Notes: generated from the sequence alone by a model not told the origin. Shown: positions 19,790 through 46,444, numbered from the stretch's first letter. The stretch is DNA of 64,000 nt from Tubulanus polymorphus (GCF_964204645.1 NC_134025.1:8928001-8992000), one strand, 5' to 3'. Translations and numbers: made by a program.

Positions 19790-21520
19790 AAACGTGCTAC
19801 TATAAGTATCAATACATACTTCAATGGTGATCAATTCATTTTTGATGAGGCATCAACTAATGTAACATTCTTATGCGGTTGGATAATATCCAAGAATGTT
19901 TATGGCGGCGCAGTCATTATTTTCCTAAAACAAATAAACACCTTACCGCTGGAATTGCGAATGTATAAGGCCGATAAAAAAAAGTCGTGTTTCGAGCTAG
20001 AAAAGCTCGGGAATTTATCCCCTTTTTGGTGAAATATAATATTTGCTGCGACAACTGACGTGAAGGCGAAAAAGTCAACTAACACCCATCATTAGTGCGC
20101 AATTATCAACTTAATGCTTGTGTATGGATTTTGATGTAGATCAACAACAAACATTAGTTATTTCACCAGATCAGGACATCTGTAAAACAGACTGCATAAA
20201 ACAAAAAAACAAAACTTGCGATGTTCCGAAATCTAAATATACGTAAGTGATGATAGTTACCCGTCGAAAAGTGCTATCCGGCCAAGCCGGTTTCGGACCT
20301 TTCCGGTTACACGTACGTAAATTAATATATATCACGTGCCGTATGGTATGGCAGCGGACCAAGTATTTCTCAACAGGAACTACTACTATCTAACGAGATA
20401 CTGCGGAAAATAACATTGAGAGTTGCCAGCCGACATTTTTTATTGTAAAATTCCCTGTAGGATTTTTATATCCGGAAAAATTGTCCATCCCGTGATTGTG
20501 CGTCATTTTTATCAACTCCATCCACGAAAGAACCGATGAAAGACAAATTGATAAAAATAATCGACGAACCTGTTGAAATCATCCCCAACATCCAATTCTG
20601 TTTGCCGATCGCCATCATCCGGCATGTGATGTGACTTCAATAGATGCGAGCGTATATGAAATAAATATTTTGCAACGAATGTTTGACCAATAGCGTACGT
20701 AAATCGCGTGGGTGGTGGGTAATTTACGAATGAATATGTGATGACGGAACAAATGCTCCCCTATGGATAACCCTAACACTATTGTCCTTCCGCGTTTGCT
20801 CGATTAGATAGCGATATATACGGTTCCAGGAAATATTGGGGAAGGGTTACGACGACGCGTATATTTTATAACTGTCATATAGGTCGCAGGGTTAAAGAGA
20901 TAAATACAAGAAAGGCAGCCTACGCCGGTTAAATGCAATCATAGAGAATTAATTCAAATTGCTTCGAGCTATTGAGAATGCCACGTACATCTTCGTGCTT
21001 TGTAATGTTAGTTTATTATTTCAAGCCGCTCTAAGAGGTAGAAAAATTAAATTCAATAATTTTGCAATCGATTAATACATCATCATCGACAGTTGCATCT
21101 TCACCCGTCAAGGGATTCGAACCCACTACACTAAAGCTGTTCCCCGAACCCCTTGACCTCACGAGTCGTTGGAGTCGTTACTAGCCGACCAGAATCCGGT
21201 CGTACCAATCACAGCGCTTGTAACAAACCGTCAGTAGACTTCTGTTGGTTTTCCCGTTAAATTAACCAATCAGCGAACGTTTTACCGAACAAGGAAGTAT
21301 TTCGCAAATCGATATATGACGTCACGCGCAACAGCGCCAGTAATGAAATCACGCTTCGTGAGGCCAGGGGGCTGGTGGAAGCGAGTTCGGGAGTGATACC
21401 GGACCCCTGGCAAGCGAGGATGCGACAGTTGAAGATATAAAGAGATCGTAGTGACATCAACAATTATACATTTTGGACCCGGAATAATATTTTCATTTTC
21501 TTCAATATACCTTGGGTTCA

Positions 21521-21786
21521 CAGGGGCGGATCCAGAAGTTTGAGCTGAGGGATTGAAGCACAGTGTTTTCCCAGGTATATTTTTTATATTGCAATGAAAA
21601 ATGCATTTTTTAGAATTTGTGCATTACCTACAGTAATTTCTGGCAGACGCCGACACAGCAATCGATAAAGATTTGAATTGTAGTTAGTTTATCATTTATA
21701 TGATTGCTAATCCAGAAAATTTCGAACCCAGAGCAGGGGGTCGACGCCCCCTAACCCACCCTCCCCTCGCCTTGGATCCGTCCCTG
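21521..21786. mobile_element. Non-autonomous DNA transposon (MITE, possibly PIF/Harbinger-like)
   Basis: Terminal inverted repeats CAGGGGCGGATCCA / TGGATCCGTCCCTG (1 mismatch in 14); AT-rich non-coding interior. Confidence 0.7.
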
Positions 21787-22120
21787 CTTCCTCGTGATAC
21801 ACTGCGCATTGGTAAAAGCACTTCACTGTGATTCCTAGCTGGTCATTAACATTGATGCGCGGTTCAACGGTTTGTAAGATAGTAACCGGTCGAACACACA
21901 ACCACCGCTCATCATTAGAATCAGGCACTTGTGCCTCAATGGTGGTAGTGTGCATGCATTTTTCATGCGTTTGTATTTTCTAGAAAAACCTTTGTGTGAT
22001 TCTTAATTGATTTTCATCGTGAGAAAAAAAGAGCTCGTGAGTGAGCGAGTAGTCTGCATACATTCCCATCAACGCGTGCAACGGGCGCGCGTTCGGCAGA
22101 AATCAATTCTGTCAACATAC

Positions 22121-22276
22121 TCGACGGATGTTGGCGGGAGCTAGCTCTCTCACTTCGGAAGAATACTGTTTGGGAGACCGATCTTCCTATTGTGACTCTT
22201 TGTGGAAGGCCGGCAGTATTTTCCAAGCATTCGCACATTTTTTTTGACATTTTGTTCATCACAACGCTGACAATTC
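22121..22276 (-). CDS. Candidate distal-isoform exon of Runx copy A
   Basis: Acceptor T7-CAG, donor A|GTATGT, 156 nt, open, phase 1 at both ends, in frame with the internal acceptor at 19221 in Runx A exon 1. Confidence 0.45.
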
Positions 22277-23861
22277 CTGAAAAAAATACTTGAAATGGGT
22301 TTATCATCTTTCGAAGCATTTGACTGCTAAAAGTCTGCAAAACCACAACGATTATATGAAACCATTCATCTTTTGATGCCATTGTATTTTTCATTAAACG
22401 GTATTTTTCAAATAGATTAAGAGAGGTGATCATTATTGCACAGCACGATGTGTACATTTTTGTTGCGGTGTTTATCGAGCGAAGAAGATGTCCCCAAAGT
22501 ATCCTTCGCCCACGTTGTCAGACATGCTTTTGTTCGTCGGCAAAAACGGCGGAAACAATTACAAAGTAGACGCGCTCAATCCAGGTTATAAGTTCCCCGC
22601 CCTACCCCGGCAAAAAGTTTAATTCCGGGTTCTCGAGTTATTGAATTAGATTATAGTGCACGGCTGGTCGAGATGGTTTGAACGGAAACCAATTGTAACT
22701 TGATCATTACCAACCAGCGAGTCGGTCACGTATTTTTTTAGTTCATAGTAAGGCGGCTTTGCTTCACCAGGATTTGCCTCGGGGTACCTCAAGCATCCGC
22801 ATCATTTCAATGAAAATCCAAATGATGTATGCATATTTTACGATCATTTATATAATGAGAAGGTGATAGATATGACACTCTAGTACGTACATTTATTTTA
22901 GAATATGTAAAATACCCACGTAGAGTTATATCAAATTTCTATGTAGATATATAGTTGATAGTTATCTTTGACTAGAAGCAGGTATTTCTTTGAATTAGAT
23001 CCTTGATATTGATGCACGCCGCTTAATCGGTTTCATTTACCCTTAAACAAAACTGAAACGCGTTTGAGAGATTAAAATTTCAAAAACGAAACTGAAAATA
23101 AATCGAACGCTCGGGACGGATCAAAATGGATGAAAGGAAATGAAATGTTGACGCGGTGGTTAAATTGGCAGATACCCGATTTGTGTACGAATAGCTTCGA
23201 CGAAACAGCTGAAGGGTGAAATACAAATGATACCGAGTAGTTCTGTTCGAATCGGTTGGGTGAAATGCCCGCGTACGTAGATTAATTCGCAGTCAAATTC
23301 GGCGAAAATTGCATCCATCTTACGCCGAAGTAAAGTCATTAGAACAATCCGTCTGTCGCGCCAGTGCGTGTGCCTCGTTGGTAAAGTAGGGATCACTCTT
23401 CACCGCATGGGAACCCAGGTATCATTCAAAGCTTTCGTAAGAGTTTTATATTCAATCTTAATCGCTATTGATTTTGTGCTGAAAGCACAAGACTCCGGTT
23501 TAGGCGGCGACTGGGAACGTTATATTACTGTTCAAAAGACAACCCGAGAACACGTGAGCCAATGGATGCGAATAAAGCGATTTCACGTACGGCTTTATTT
23601 GGCTCCGAATGTCTCGTCACAGTCGAGACTTCTTGAAATCATATGGAGATGAAAAAGGAGATAGAGCGATCATTTAAGTGGTGGACGGATATTTCCTTCT
23701 TTTCGATAAAGACGAGTTCATCGGAAATTAGAAATTACAACGAAAAAAAATCATGAGTTGCGCGCGTAAGCCTATAGTAAACAGCACATAAACGAAATAA
23801 TGGTCCGCAATAATCTGGTCACTACTCTAACTGGTGTACCCGAATCGTTGACCGGAAGTAC

Positions 23862-23907
23862 CTTGATGGCATTTGCATGTGTAGCTTTCTGCAATATGGC
23901 CTGTCAT
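23862..23907 (-). CDS. Candidate first coding exon (P1-type) of a Runx copy A distal isoform, MTGHIAESYTCKCHQ
   Basis: ATG at 23907, 46 nt (phase 1), donor CAAG|GTACTT, preceded by a TTACAG acceptor at 23912-23917. Confidence 0.3.
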
Positions 23908-26900
23908 CTTCCTGTAATAACGAAGCGTTTTTATTGTTCTTCGCTACATTAAGTGACAATTTATGGCTTGTTCAGACAACGCGTACGTATTCTCCAGAGG
24001 TTGAACGTGGGCTGAAAGCGGACCCGAGTTTATATCAAGCTTAATGAAGCTGAGTAAATGGTCCATTAAAGCGTCGTTATCAAATTGTGCTGAAATTTGG
24101 TGCGCGTTAAACGTGTGTACGTGTAAGAAGATACATTTTACAAGAAACTGATCCAAGTTACAACAAACTGATTCGATGTTGCCGAATTTTCCGGTCTTCG
24201 TCATGTCTATGTTACCCTCAACTTCGTACTTGTCCGGCTAATTGGTTCCTCGACCGTACACAGACTGAACACGCAATTTTCGCATGTTCTGCGCGTTCGA
24301 ATTCCAAACGACTGCGTTAGATCTCGACCCGTTGAACTAATACTCGTGCTCGTTTTTTTTATTTAAAGGGAAAAATTGAGAAACTTTCGTTGATTGCTAA
24401 ATTTCACATCGATTATAGTTTCGTCTGTCGTGAAATGAGCATCACTATGCATAACATGTAATTGCGCGCTCTAACTCCGCCATTTACCAAGTGCGACGTT
24501 AATGTTTCCCCTTCGTCCCAATGTGTGTTGCCAAATCGATTTTGCCTTAAAACCTTCTTGACTTGTAGTAAAATAGTAAGAACTATTAATGAGAGATTGT
24601 AACGAAACCCGTGAATGACTGCTCACACAGGACCCATAAAGTAGACATTTCCTGATAGGGTGTTAATCTGCTACCTCTTCAAAGGGCACAATACAATACG
24701 GTGACTTTTGAATGAAAAGAAAACCCATTGGAATGTTCACTGAAACGTACGAGAACTAATTTAAAATTCTTCATTAACTAGAGTGAATAATATGTATTAT
24801 GTAAACATTTCAACTGCAGGGAACCAATTAAGCATTAGTTTCTACGTCGCCGATGATTGTCATTATTTCTTCAGAAAAAAAAAACAATTTCTTGTCTTCA
24901 TTAGATGAAATTCATTCCTGTAAGATGCGGAAGAAGGCATCTGTCTGGTTGAAATTTATTACAAATACAGTCTTGTTCCGATCGGTGTTTTCAAACTCTT
25001 TTGTTAACAAGTGTACCGTGATGTTCACTTGTTATAATTGTCGCATTTTATTTCCACGTATCGCAAGTTAAATGTCAGCTAGATAATATTCCCATTTCCT
25101 CATTTTTGTTATCGAGTTTAAATGTTGGTGCTGATGTGCTAAGTCGGAAGTGCTCCGTGATGTCGTATCCCTGAGTGTCGGAGGCGACGAGTTAGTCTTT
25201 TGTTTCGGTGTGTTTTGCGTCGCGCGGAGTGTGTTCTTACGGCGTGGTTGAGTAACCAGATTTCCTTGGTTCACTAACCACGGCGAGATTTTCGAATTAA
25301 CCATGTAGCTTGCTTGAACGGTTGCATTGTGGTTTAAACGAGATAAGTGAAGCTGGGTTAATGATCTTCGGCCATCGCATTTAACACGGATGCTTAATAA
25401 GATCTGGCGCTGCGGGGTTGTCACCCAACACTAGCGGGAACGGCATGCACAAAGAAGTCGGTATCCATTACACTATATACACTCAGATATTCCATCTCCC
25501 TCGACTTTAGAATAAATGACGAACGATTTCATTGGACCCAAAAATATCGAATGTGATTTTATCCATATGCAGTATACGTTAGGATTGTTTGCTCATCAAT
25601 GTGGAGTAGGGCAATATCGAAAATGACAAAACCATTCGTCAAATACTTCGGAAATCGTAAATGAACATGTCTGAAGATTCACATCTGAACGTGTTACCTA
25701 AAAAAAGCTTTCGGTTATGTCCACATGTTTACGTTGGAGTGATAAGACCGAATTACTCGAGGGATGAATCAGCCATTGGGGATCAATTCGGGTAGCACAA
25801 ATATTTCTCAATGGAAGATACACTTTTCTTACATTCGTTGAAATGAATGCACTCTGCGACTATCAATTTCATTTTTAGCGAGTGTCTTTGATAGAATAGA
25901 TCAGAAAACATGTCATGAATGGCCGTTCCTATGAAAGAAAACATTTAAGTAGATTAGCTGAGGGACAATTCGGTGTGGGCAGATTGTCCGGTAGAAAAGA
26001 CAGATTGTTGACCATACCCCAAGGATGAATTGTGGCGTGTCCAGCCGTTGGTCACTCATTATCCTCACTGATGACCATCGCTGTCAGCGCTTGACCACCG
26101 TGGCCAATTAACCTTACATGGGTATTGGATGTGCAATTGCCCTAGAGGCTACATGGCATTAATTCCATTGCATAAAGTCATTTTAAGAGGATATGCTTAA
26201 ATTTTCTATTCACGCATGAATGATAAGGATCTAGAGCCAAAGGAGGATGATTGAAGAATATGAAAAGGTTGAATCAAAAGATGACATATCAATGTCATCG
26301 TCGTGAGTTTCTTGTCCGAAGGCCAGCGAAACGGATGGAAATATATGACCTTATTCTCGTAACAACCTGTTGTGTGCAAATTCGACTAACAGAAAATCAA
26401 GTCGGCCAATTAGGTGTTAAACAAGTACGTTTCAAAATTGTTCTCCTGTATTCCGGGAACACTTTTGTGGCGATTCGATTGTATAACAAGCGTGTACCTG
26501 GTTCACCTCAAATTCATTTATAACAACAAGTACAAAACCGCTCAATCCTTAAATGTTTTTATAAAAGAAAATTGATAATCTTGTCACCCGTTGATCGAAA
26601 TAAACGTCGTTTACCCAAAAACAGTTTGAAATCAAACGGCAAAAGCCGCTTTTCGAGGAATATAATCAAAGCGCTCTCGGTCGAGTGCATTATCATACAT
26701 AATGTATATGCGTTAAAAAAGTTTCGATGTTCTTTTCGAGTACAAAAAAAACACTCAAAGCTCTTTCCTGTAAAACGCACCAAATCATTTTGGCGGATCC
26801 ACTCGAAAAACACCCGGACGTTTTTACAAAGTTCATTTAGTATTCTCAAATCCCAAAATACCGTCGAGGAAAGCGTGTTAATGTTGTGATGTACTGGTGA

Positions 26901-29900
26901 AATGTCATTCTACAATGATTTTGATCGATTAAAATTCGCGACAGGTTTCATGAGTAACGAGTATATGGCAAAGGTGGTAATAATAAACCACAAGACAGTC
27001 ATAAAACTGAAAAGTGCACGTCGGTTAACCTCAGTATTTGGATTATTAACCGTCGTTGTCCGTACCCAGAGACGCTACCGAGACGCTCGAAAATACCACA
27101 CGATTGCTTATGGTTACATCATCATGTCCCCGATGTACACAATCTATCTTATAACCTGTACACCACCGACAAATACTATAGAACGTCGGAGTATTTTCTA
27201 TTTTACGGAGATACGCACATGATTCATTTGGGGTGTGATCTAGGGACGAATTACACCTTTTTGCTTATACAAAATATCGCATTATCGTAATACTTATTTT
27301 TAACTCTTGTCGAATAATCAAATCAGCTCTGGTTCTGCTTCTGAATCGAGAATTAGTCAGTCACATTACACACAAGATTTGTGCTTGCTTCTAAATTTGT
27401 TTCAGTTTTATCATCGCATTGGATCTTTTTACACTGCCGGCGATTTATTACTTCGTGGAATGAATCGCCATATATGTACACATGATATGCTTTCAGCAGC
27501 CTGTATAACCGTTTGATAACCATAAAACGGTACATTATCGTGGCTGATTTGCCATCAAAAGAGATACCGTCAAAATAATTCAGCGATTTACCAACTGAAT
27601 AAGATCTTGAAATAGTGATGACATAATCCTTCAATAGATATATTGATGCCGCTGGATACTATCGCATATCATGATGGATTCGTCTTTCTCGATTTCATTT
27701 AACCTGAATTCTCGTGACAGTTGAAAGTGCAATTGATTTCTGAAAATCTATACAAAGATGGTGTCTGCTAATCCAATTTTCGAAACGCCGGTTTTCAGTT
27801 AGGAGAACTTTCTACTTCAAGTTCACCATTAGAACGATATCTGCCCTAAGATGCTACAGTCAAATGCCTTCAGCGTCTCAGAAATACTTGTTAAAATGAT
27901 ATTTAAGCATTCTTAGAGTTTTAAAAACTTCAAACTTTCGTTCAAAATTATGTATTTTTCGATTCATGTATTTCTGACGTGGCAAGTGAGTATAAAGGGT
28001 CTTTAGATTTAGTTGGACACTACTCATAACTGTAACCTTTGAAACAGCAAAGGAGTAAACTTTGCGCAGACTTATATCAAAAATAGCTTACCTCCTTCCT
28101 GATGCGAGCCACCGAGAAGATGCATTGACCATTCGTTTCCTGCGTTTATCGAGATGGAATTCGGTGATGTCATGTATAATTTTGGAAATCCACTTACCAC
28201 GCTTGTTCATCTATAACTCATTTCGTACGTGTTTTAGGAACAAACCTGATCCGACTATAAACAACACCAAAATCTCGTAAAACAACCGTTAACTAGAAGC
28301 ATAGGCCACAAAAATCCGCCATTTTGATGCCGGCGCAATGGCTCCGTAAGTTAGGGAGACCTAGTAAGCTTTAGGCGTTCTCAAACTGGTCGGGTCCAAG
28401 AATGTATTTTTACCTCCCGGGCCTAGTATTGGATTGTTTGGTTAATATGCTACCGAATGTCTTCATGCTTTGATTGGCTAACGATTGAGTAATGGGGGAT
28501 GATATTGGAATATAAAGTACATGAATATCAAACATTTTTGCGGTTTCCGGTTTACATGTATGGATTCTAAGTATCGTTGACTAACCGAGAGTAGAGACTA
28601 CATAGATCTCAACCTGAAGTCGTGTTTGTGTTTATGTTTTTCCTATAGACATTCCGATACAATCGGTATGCTTCTGGCTGATCAAAGAGATTTTCGACGC
28701 CATCCGCTGAAAACTCTACTGTTATGAACCATGAAATCTTTTACGCAAGTTAAGAATTAATTAAATTCAATCTAAAAATCCCCACGTCAACGTTGTTTAA
28801 ACAGATGTCTTGTCGAACAATTTGCAATTAAGTGCGTACCTTAGAATTCTTTCTCCGTTCTTAATTATACCTTCCGTTGGCTAGTAATGCCAGGTTTGAA
28901 GTATTTGGCTTCCCATTAAAAAAAGCGAAATCTGTTTGTTTTGTTTAGAAGTGTACGCGTATGTATACATATGCATCTGTACAAAACACCAGTATAAATG
29001 TCAACTCGAAATTTACAAGAGCCTCTTGGTCCTCGTCAGAGACCAATTTCATCGGTACACACACGCCTACTCTCTAATTAGACGATCGATGCATATTTCT
29101 AACGTATAGTGTATATCGTACGATGTGTATTTTTCAAGTGATTAAGTGACGCAAAAATTAATTTATCCAGCTGTTTTTCTGTCAAGCCGAGAATGGTCGT
29201 TGTTTGTCACCACGTCAGCAAAAGTACTACTCTTTCACGACGATTAATAAGAATTGCAACTTGCGTTCAATTCATGGCATATGACAGTAATTCCACATGC
29301 TCGATATTCAATTTTTCAATTATTTTCGACGATTTTTTTTAAACAAAATTTCATTTACGAATAAAATGCTGGTAGTTTTTGCATGCGCCCAAAACATATT
29401 ATAGTCGAGCGAAGGCTTGTCTTTTTGTAAATAGTTCCATACACAAGCGAGGTTTAGTCTTGTTCTTGGAACTGGTTTTGTTAATAACCTGTTGGACTCT
29501 GGCTGGTGGGCGAGAGGCTTTCGTGACTGCGGTTTGGGGGAGGTTGTTGGCCCATTTGCTTGTTGAAATTTGACACGGCGCGACTGAAACAAATCGCTTC
29601 CGTTTTTCTTTTTTGCTGAAAAGTGTTACAATATGGACAACGACATTTTCACGCAACATTGCACTATTATGCGGCCCCCTTAATGGATTCTCAGAAACCT
29701 CGGTTTGAGCCGTCGTGGAATAAGGTCATCAGCCAGGTTGTAGATTAGGCTGTAGGATGAATTTTCCAGTAAAAAGGTCCGCCCTTTTCGAACGAATCAA
29801 ATAGGAATATAGAATAACTGAATCATCGGGAAAAAAAATCAGGAAATTTAATTCTTCAAAAGTTACGATGTCATATCATTGATCGCAATTCAGTTGAGTA

Positions 29901-32211
29901 AATTATGTTTGTGAATCATCGCTTGCTTGGGTGCCGTCTGGGGGATGGGTGACTGTGGATGAAGGTTGACCAAATTAAACGGCGACCAGGTAAGCCGATA
30001 TGACTGATGTTGGTTGTCTGGCTGGTTCGGTAATTCGAAGCGTTTGATCGGAATGAGTACTTTCTCGGGGTACGTCTGTCAACATCGACTGCAAAAGAGA
30101 TCAGATTGACTTTGTGTTTGCTGACAAATAACTTAAGAGATTGTCGAGCGCTAATATGTGTTCTGCGTTGAGAGGAATCCTTTTTGTAACGAAACAAGTG
30201 TAAATAATGCTGAAAGTGTATTCTGATTGATCGCATCTCGCCGATATACACCGAACAGCAAATCGACGCCTCGAGACAGATCGGCCGCTCTTTAAAGACT
30301 TCCGAAAGAATTTATTTTATTTGTTAATATGCTTAGCGAAGGCGTTTTCGTAAACGGCACGACATTTTCATCGAAATTCCAGCGTTTTAATAATCACGAA
30401 ATGACGAGTCCCGCGTGTACAGCCTTTTGTTATATCAATGGCTGCTGCCCGAAATATGGACGAAATATTGATTTAAAAGCGAAGATATATGAATGTAAAA
30501 TTTGAAAATGTTGATGGAGAGTGAATCCCTAATAGAAAACGACTATGCACTGCAATACGAGAGCGACTACTATAGGTTTGATTATCACAGGCAATTGCTG
30601 CTTTGTCTGTGACAAAATAAAAAACTTAACGTTCTCTCTCTCGACAAGTTGTCACCAATTAACCTATTATATTGACGTCTCTCTCAAATTTGGCATGAAG
30701 CATTTGGCCTAAAGGAGATAACAAACTTCATCCTCGCCCATCACCCCGCTTATAATAATGTAGTTATGGTACGTGGGATCGAGTTAATGGAAAAACGATA
30801 TGCGTGGTCGATAATGTACATGTTTCGAGTATTTAGCATCCTAAGCATGTGTCACAGGTGTCTAAGAGTCCAAATTTACTATAACCATATTGACGCATAA
30901 GCTTGACTCAAAATGATAATCAATTGTGTTTCAAAAGATTACTGCGATAGTTGAGTCGAATGATGAGGCCTACGCTTCGGTGTGTTAACTCCTCAGTCTG
31001 CCGACACAGAATCGATGAAAAAAATGTCATTCTAGTTGAGTCAAATGTTCAAAATACCATCGTATTTTCAATTGGATTTCTATATGTATACGTATTGTGG
31101 TTCATCCAGTATTCCGAAAGGTGTTTTGTAAAACACCATGCGATTATGAAAAAAATCAGTTGACGTTGGGGCAGACTAAAATGTGCTTTGACATCAAATG
31201 AAACAAACGCGGCAGAATGGCAGTGATTCGAATGGTTATATTGAAACATTGATTCAACATCGATTCACCAATTGACTTTTGTCTTGTAACGTGCGTGTCA
31301 CACGTAGAATCTTCCGCGCGTAGAAAAACCATTTGCCATCATTAGTAATTGGGGCTCTTGGTCGTAATGATCACCGAAGGTGAAAATTAATATCAACATC
31401 TGACACCCATTAATCAAGAAGTTGGTACACCGTGCAGGGGAACTACATTCTTTTCCCAATAAAATCGTTACGAAAGACCACACCAGTTATTATCCAAATC
31501 ATAAATACAAGCCTTTGTACGTCGCCACGACGAAAACAAATTACGAGAGAAAAATCGAGTATGGATTTACAAAACGAGAGCTGGTCGATCAGAACATAGT
31601 CATCAAACAACCGTCAAATTGTAACCAACTCCGTCGGTAGCTTTGAACTTCAATTAATTAAATAAGAGACGGGTTAGTTCAAGAGTTCGGGGGTTGATTC
31701 TTCGGATAGATTTGTATAAAATCTAACAAATCACGACATTCCTTAGCTCCGCTTTAGATTTAGAAATTATACAGGATTTGATTAGATATGTTAAGCCATA
31801 AAAATATGCGTACCACCGAAAAGCAATATTCGAAAATTTTTTAAACGCATAAACCAATGCAAGTTTTTAGGTGGCAAACGTTCACCTAGTGGTTGCAATA
31901 GTAAGTGGTTTCTTAGCATTCGACGAATGATCTGGAATCCTGAAAAATGAATCGATTATAGGCTATTATTGAAACGGTTTGTTTGTGGCTTCCTTAATGA
32001 TGGTTTTGCCTGGGGCAAATTTTAGATAACCCGCGTCAAAGATCTATTCATTAATTCAGATGTTTATTTCTATATCCCAGTCAATTTCACATTATTGATG
32101 TCGATTTCATTTCAACCCGCTCATCACCAATCGATGCGCTTTAGACGTTCATCGTGGTATCGTACTTCTTAAGTCTTCAAAACCATCTAAATCACCACGA
32201 ATGCACACACA

Positions 32212-32385
32212 CAGTGGAACCTCGTTATAAAGAACTCGGATACAACGGTTCATCGGATATAACAAATAAAGAATTTTGTCCCAAGTAAGATAATTTACTT
32301 AATTTCTCACTGAATATAACGAACTATCGGTTATAACGAACATGTTTTCTGGTCACATGAAATTCGCTGTGACGAGGTTCCACTG
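32212..32385. mobile_element. MITE, pogo/Tc1-mariner-type
   Basis: Terminal inverted repeats CAGTGGAACCTCGT / ACGAGGTTCCACTG; TA on the right flank (CA on the left); internal ATAAC(G/A)AA-type repeats. Confidence 0.8.
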
Positions 32386-33267
32386 TATATCGTTGAGCTA
32401 TATCATTGCCGGTTCAGACTGTTTGGATGATTGTTTGAATGATCAAGAACAGAATTTCCCCATTATGTATCTCGATTTAAACAGAAAATTCTGTAAACTC
32501 GACCGCCGATCACACAATTATATTTGTACTACGATTTCGGATTTAAAAATGAAACCCCTGTTTCTATCTCGGCAGGTGCTGTGTGTTTGTAAGGGACACC
32601 AAATCAAACTAAATCAATCGAAATCTGCCAATCCAATAAATAACCGGGTCAATCCCTATCTTAAGATAAAAAAGAGTAAAGCATTCCACTAGCTTTTTCC
32701 AGTAGAATAATAATGTGCGGGCTGGGACGTGGATGAATTGAATCTTTGAAACATTGAAGTGGCGCCATGATAAACTTTGAAAACCTCGTATGGATCAATG
32801 TGATTGTAAAAATGTCGTCACGATATATTTTGAAATGGCTGTAGTAAAAGCATTGTACAGCTAAAAGTAGCTCCAAAGGATATCGATTACCAATACTGAA
32901 GTTGTTATGATTTGATATATTGAAATTCTGTCAGAGTTGAAGACATCATGTCGCATATATTTCCAACAAAGACAAGAAACAAATATAGAATTAGAACCAT
33001 CGGATTGATTTTTAGATAGTAGAAAACACTTCAATCATACATTGAACTCACGAAAATATATCCAAAAATGAAATCTTGCGGAAATCCAAACAGCTGAAAA
33101 TGTATATTTAGAAATTCTATTTCGATCATGTTCTGTTTTCGACTTAAGGCTTGATTTCTTGATGAGAAATAGATTCGTGAAATATCCTCCACAATTCGAC
33201 AAAACTAAGAGAAAAACTCAACTCAATTATTCGTACATTGACGTTGAATCGATCGAATCGATGCTTT

Positions 33268-33273
33268 TTTATT
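33268..33273 (-). terminator. Candidate poly(A) signal of Runx B (AATAAA)
   Basis: Lies at the end of an AT-rich stretch about 800 nt after the stop. Confidence 0.45.
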
Positions 33274-34077
33274 TTACCATAGTTTGTTTGGTCAATAATC
33301 TACATAAATAAAGGACAAATTATACAAAATACCCAGGGGCAGTCTTATTTTATTGCCACGCACAAATCGGGATTTACTATCCGAATAGCACAGATGAAAT
33401 GAAATATAATTTTTACAACGAAGCATAATTGACCTCGTTAAAACGGGATAAATATTGCTGTAAAACACTGTTTTGATACATATTTGATATGAAAATTTCG
33501 ATATCATAAATAAAGAAAAATAACAAAAAAATTCGTAGCACTACACATCATCTGAACTATATGAGCCACGACGTAAAATGCCTGATAGATAGATGCGAGA
33601 CGGGAAGAAGTGACCATTCATTGCCGAATACCATCGAGGTTTAACTAGATAAATGAAACTTATTAGAAAAAAATAGTTGGTGTGAGGTATCTTCTCATAT
33701 TACATTCTATATTTTCTATATTTACATGGTCATAATTTTCACTGGAAAACGTTTTTAACGGCCCGTGCATACATATATATTGATAGAGATATATGCCATC
33801 TCACTGTACACACTATTTGAAAATATAAGGAAATAAAACAAGTAAAATAAACGACAATTTGCAGAATAAGATGACTCGAGAAGTTACAACAGTGAGCCAC
33901 TAGGGCTGGAAAATTGCACGGTGAACCCTTTTGGCCTAGCACACATGATATACCCGCTGTCTTTAACAGTGCTTTTCCGTATATATAAAAATTTACAATT
34001 TGTATATCTACATCGTATAATTTATCATCCATTATATGTACACATAATAACATTTATTTTTACAAGAATTGCTTAAA

Positions 34078-46444
<12,367 letters not shown>

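Noticed and set aside
19574-19834. ORF with an IYIYIY repeat
   Set aside because: It is a translation of the (TA)n microsatellite.
23855-23911. Alternative frame LQKATHANAIKV resembling Runt exon 2 ([12 protein letters not shown]), suggesting a third Runx remnant
   Set aside because: It is preceded by a stop, lacks TVDGPREPR, and no other Runx remnants lie nearby; chance similarity is likely.
26068-26074. CTGATGA as a possible hammerhead ribozyme core (also minus strand near 48472)
   Set aside because: No stem II followed by GAAA at the required spacing.
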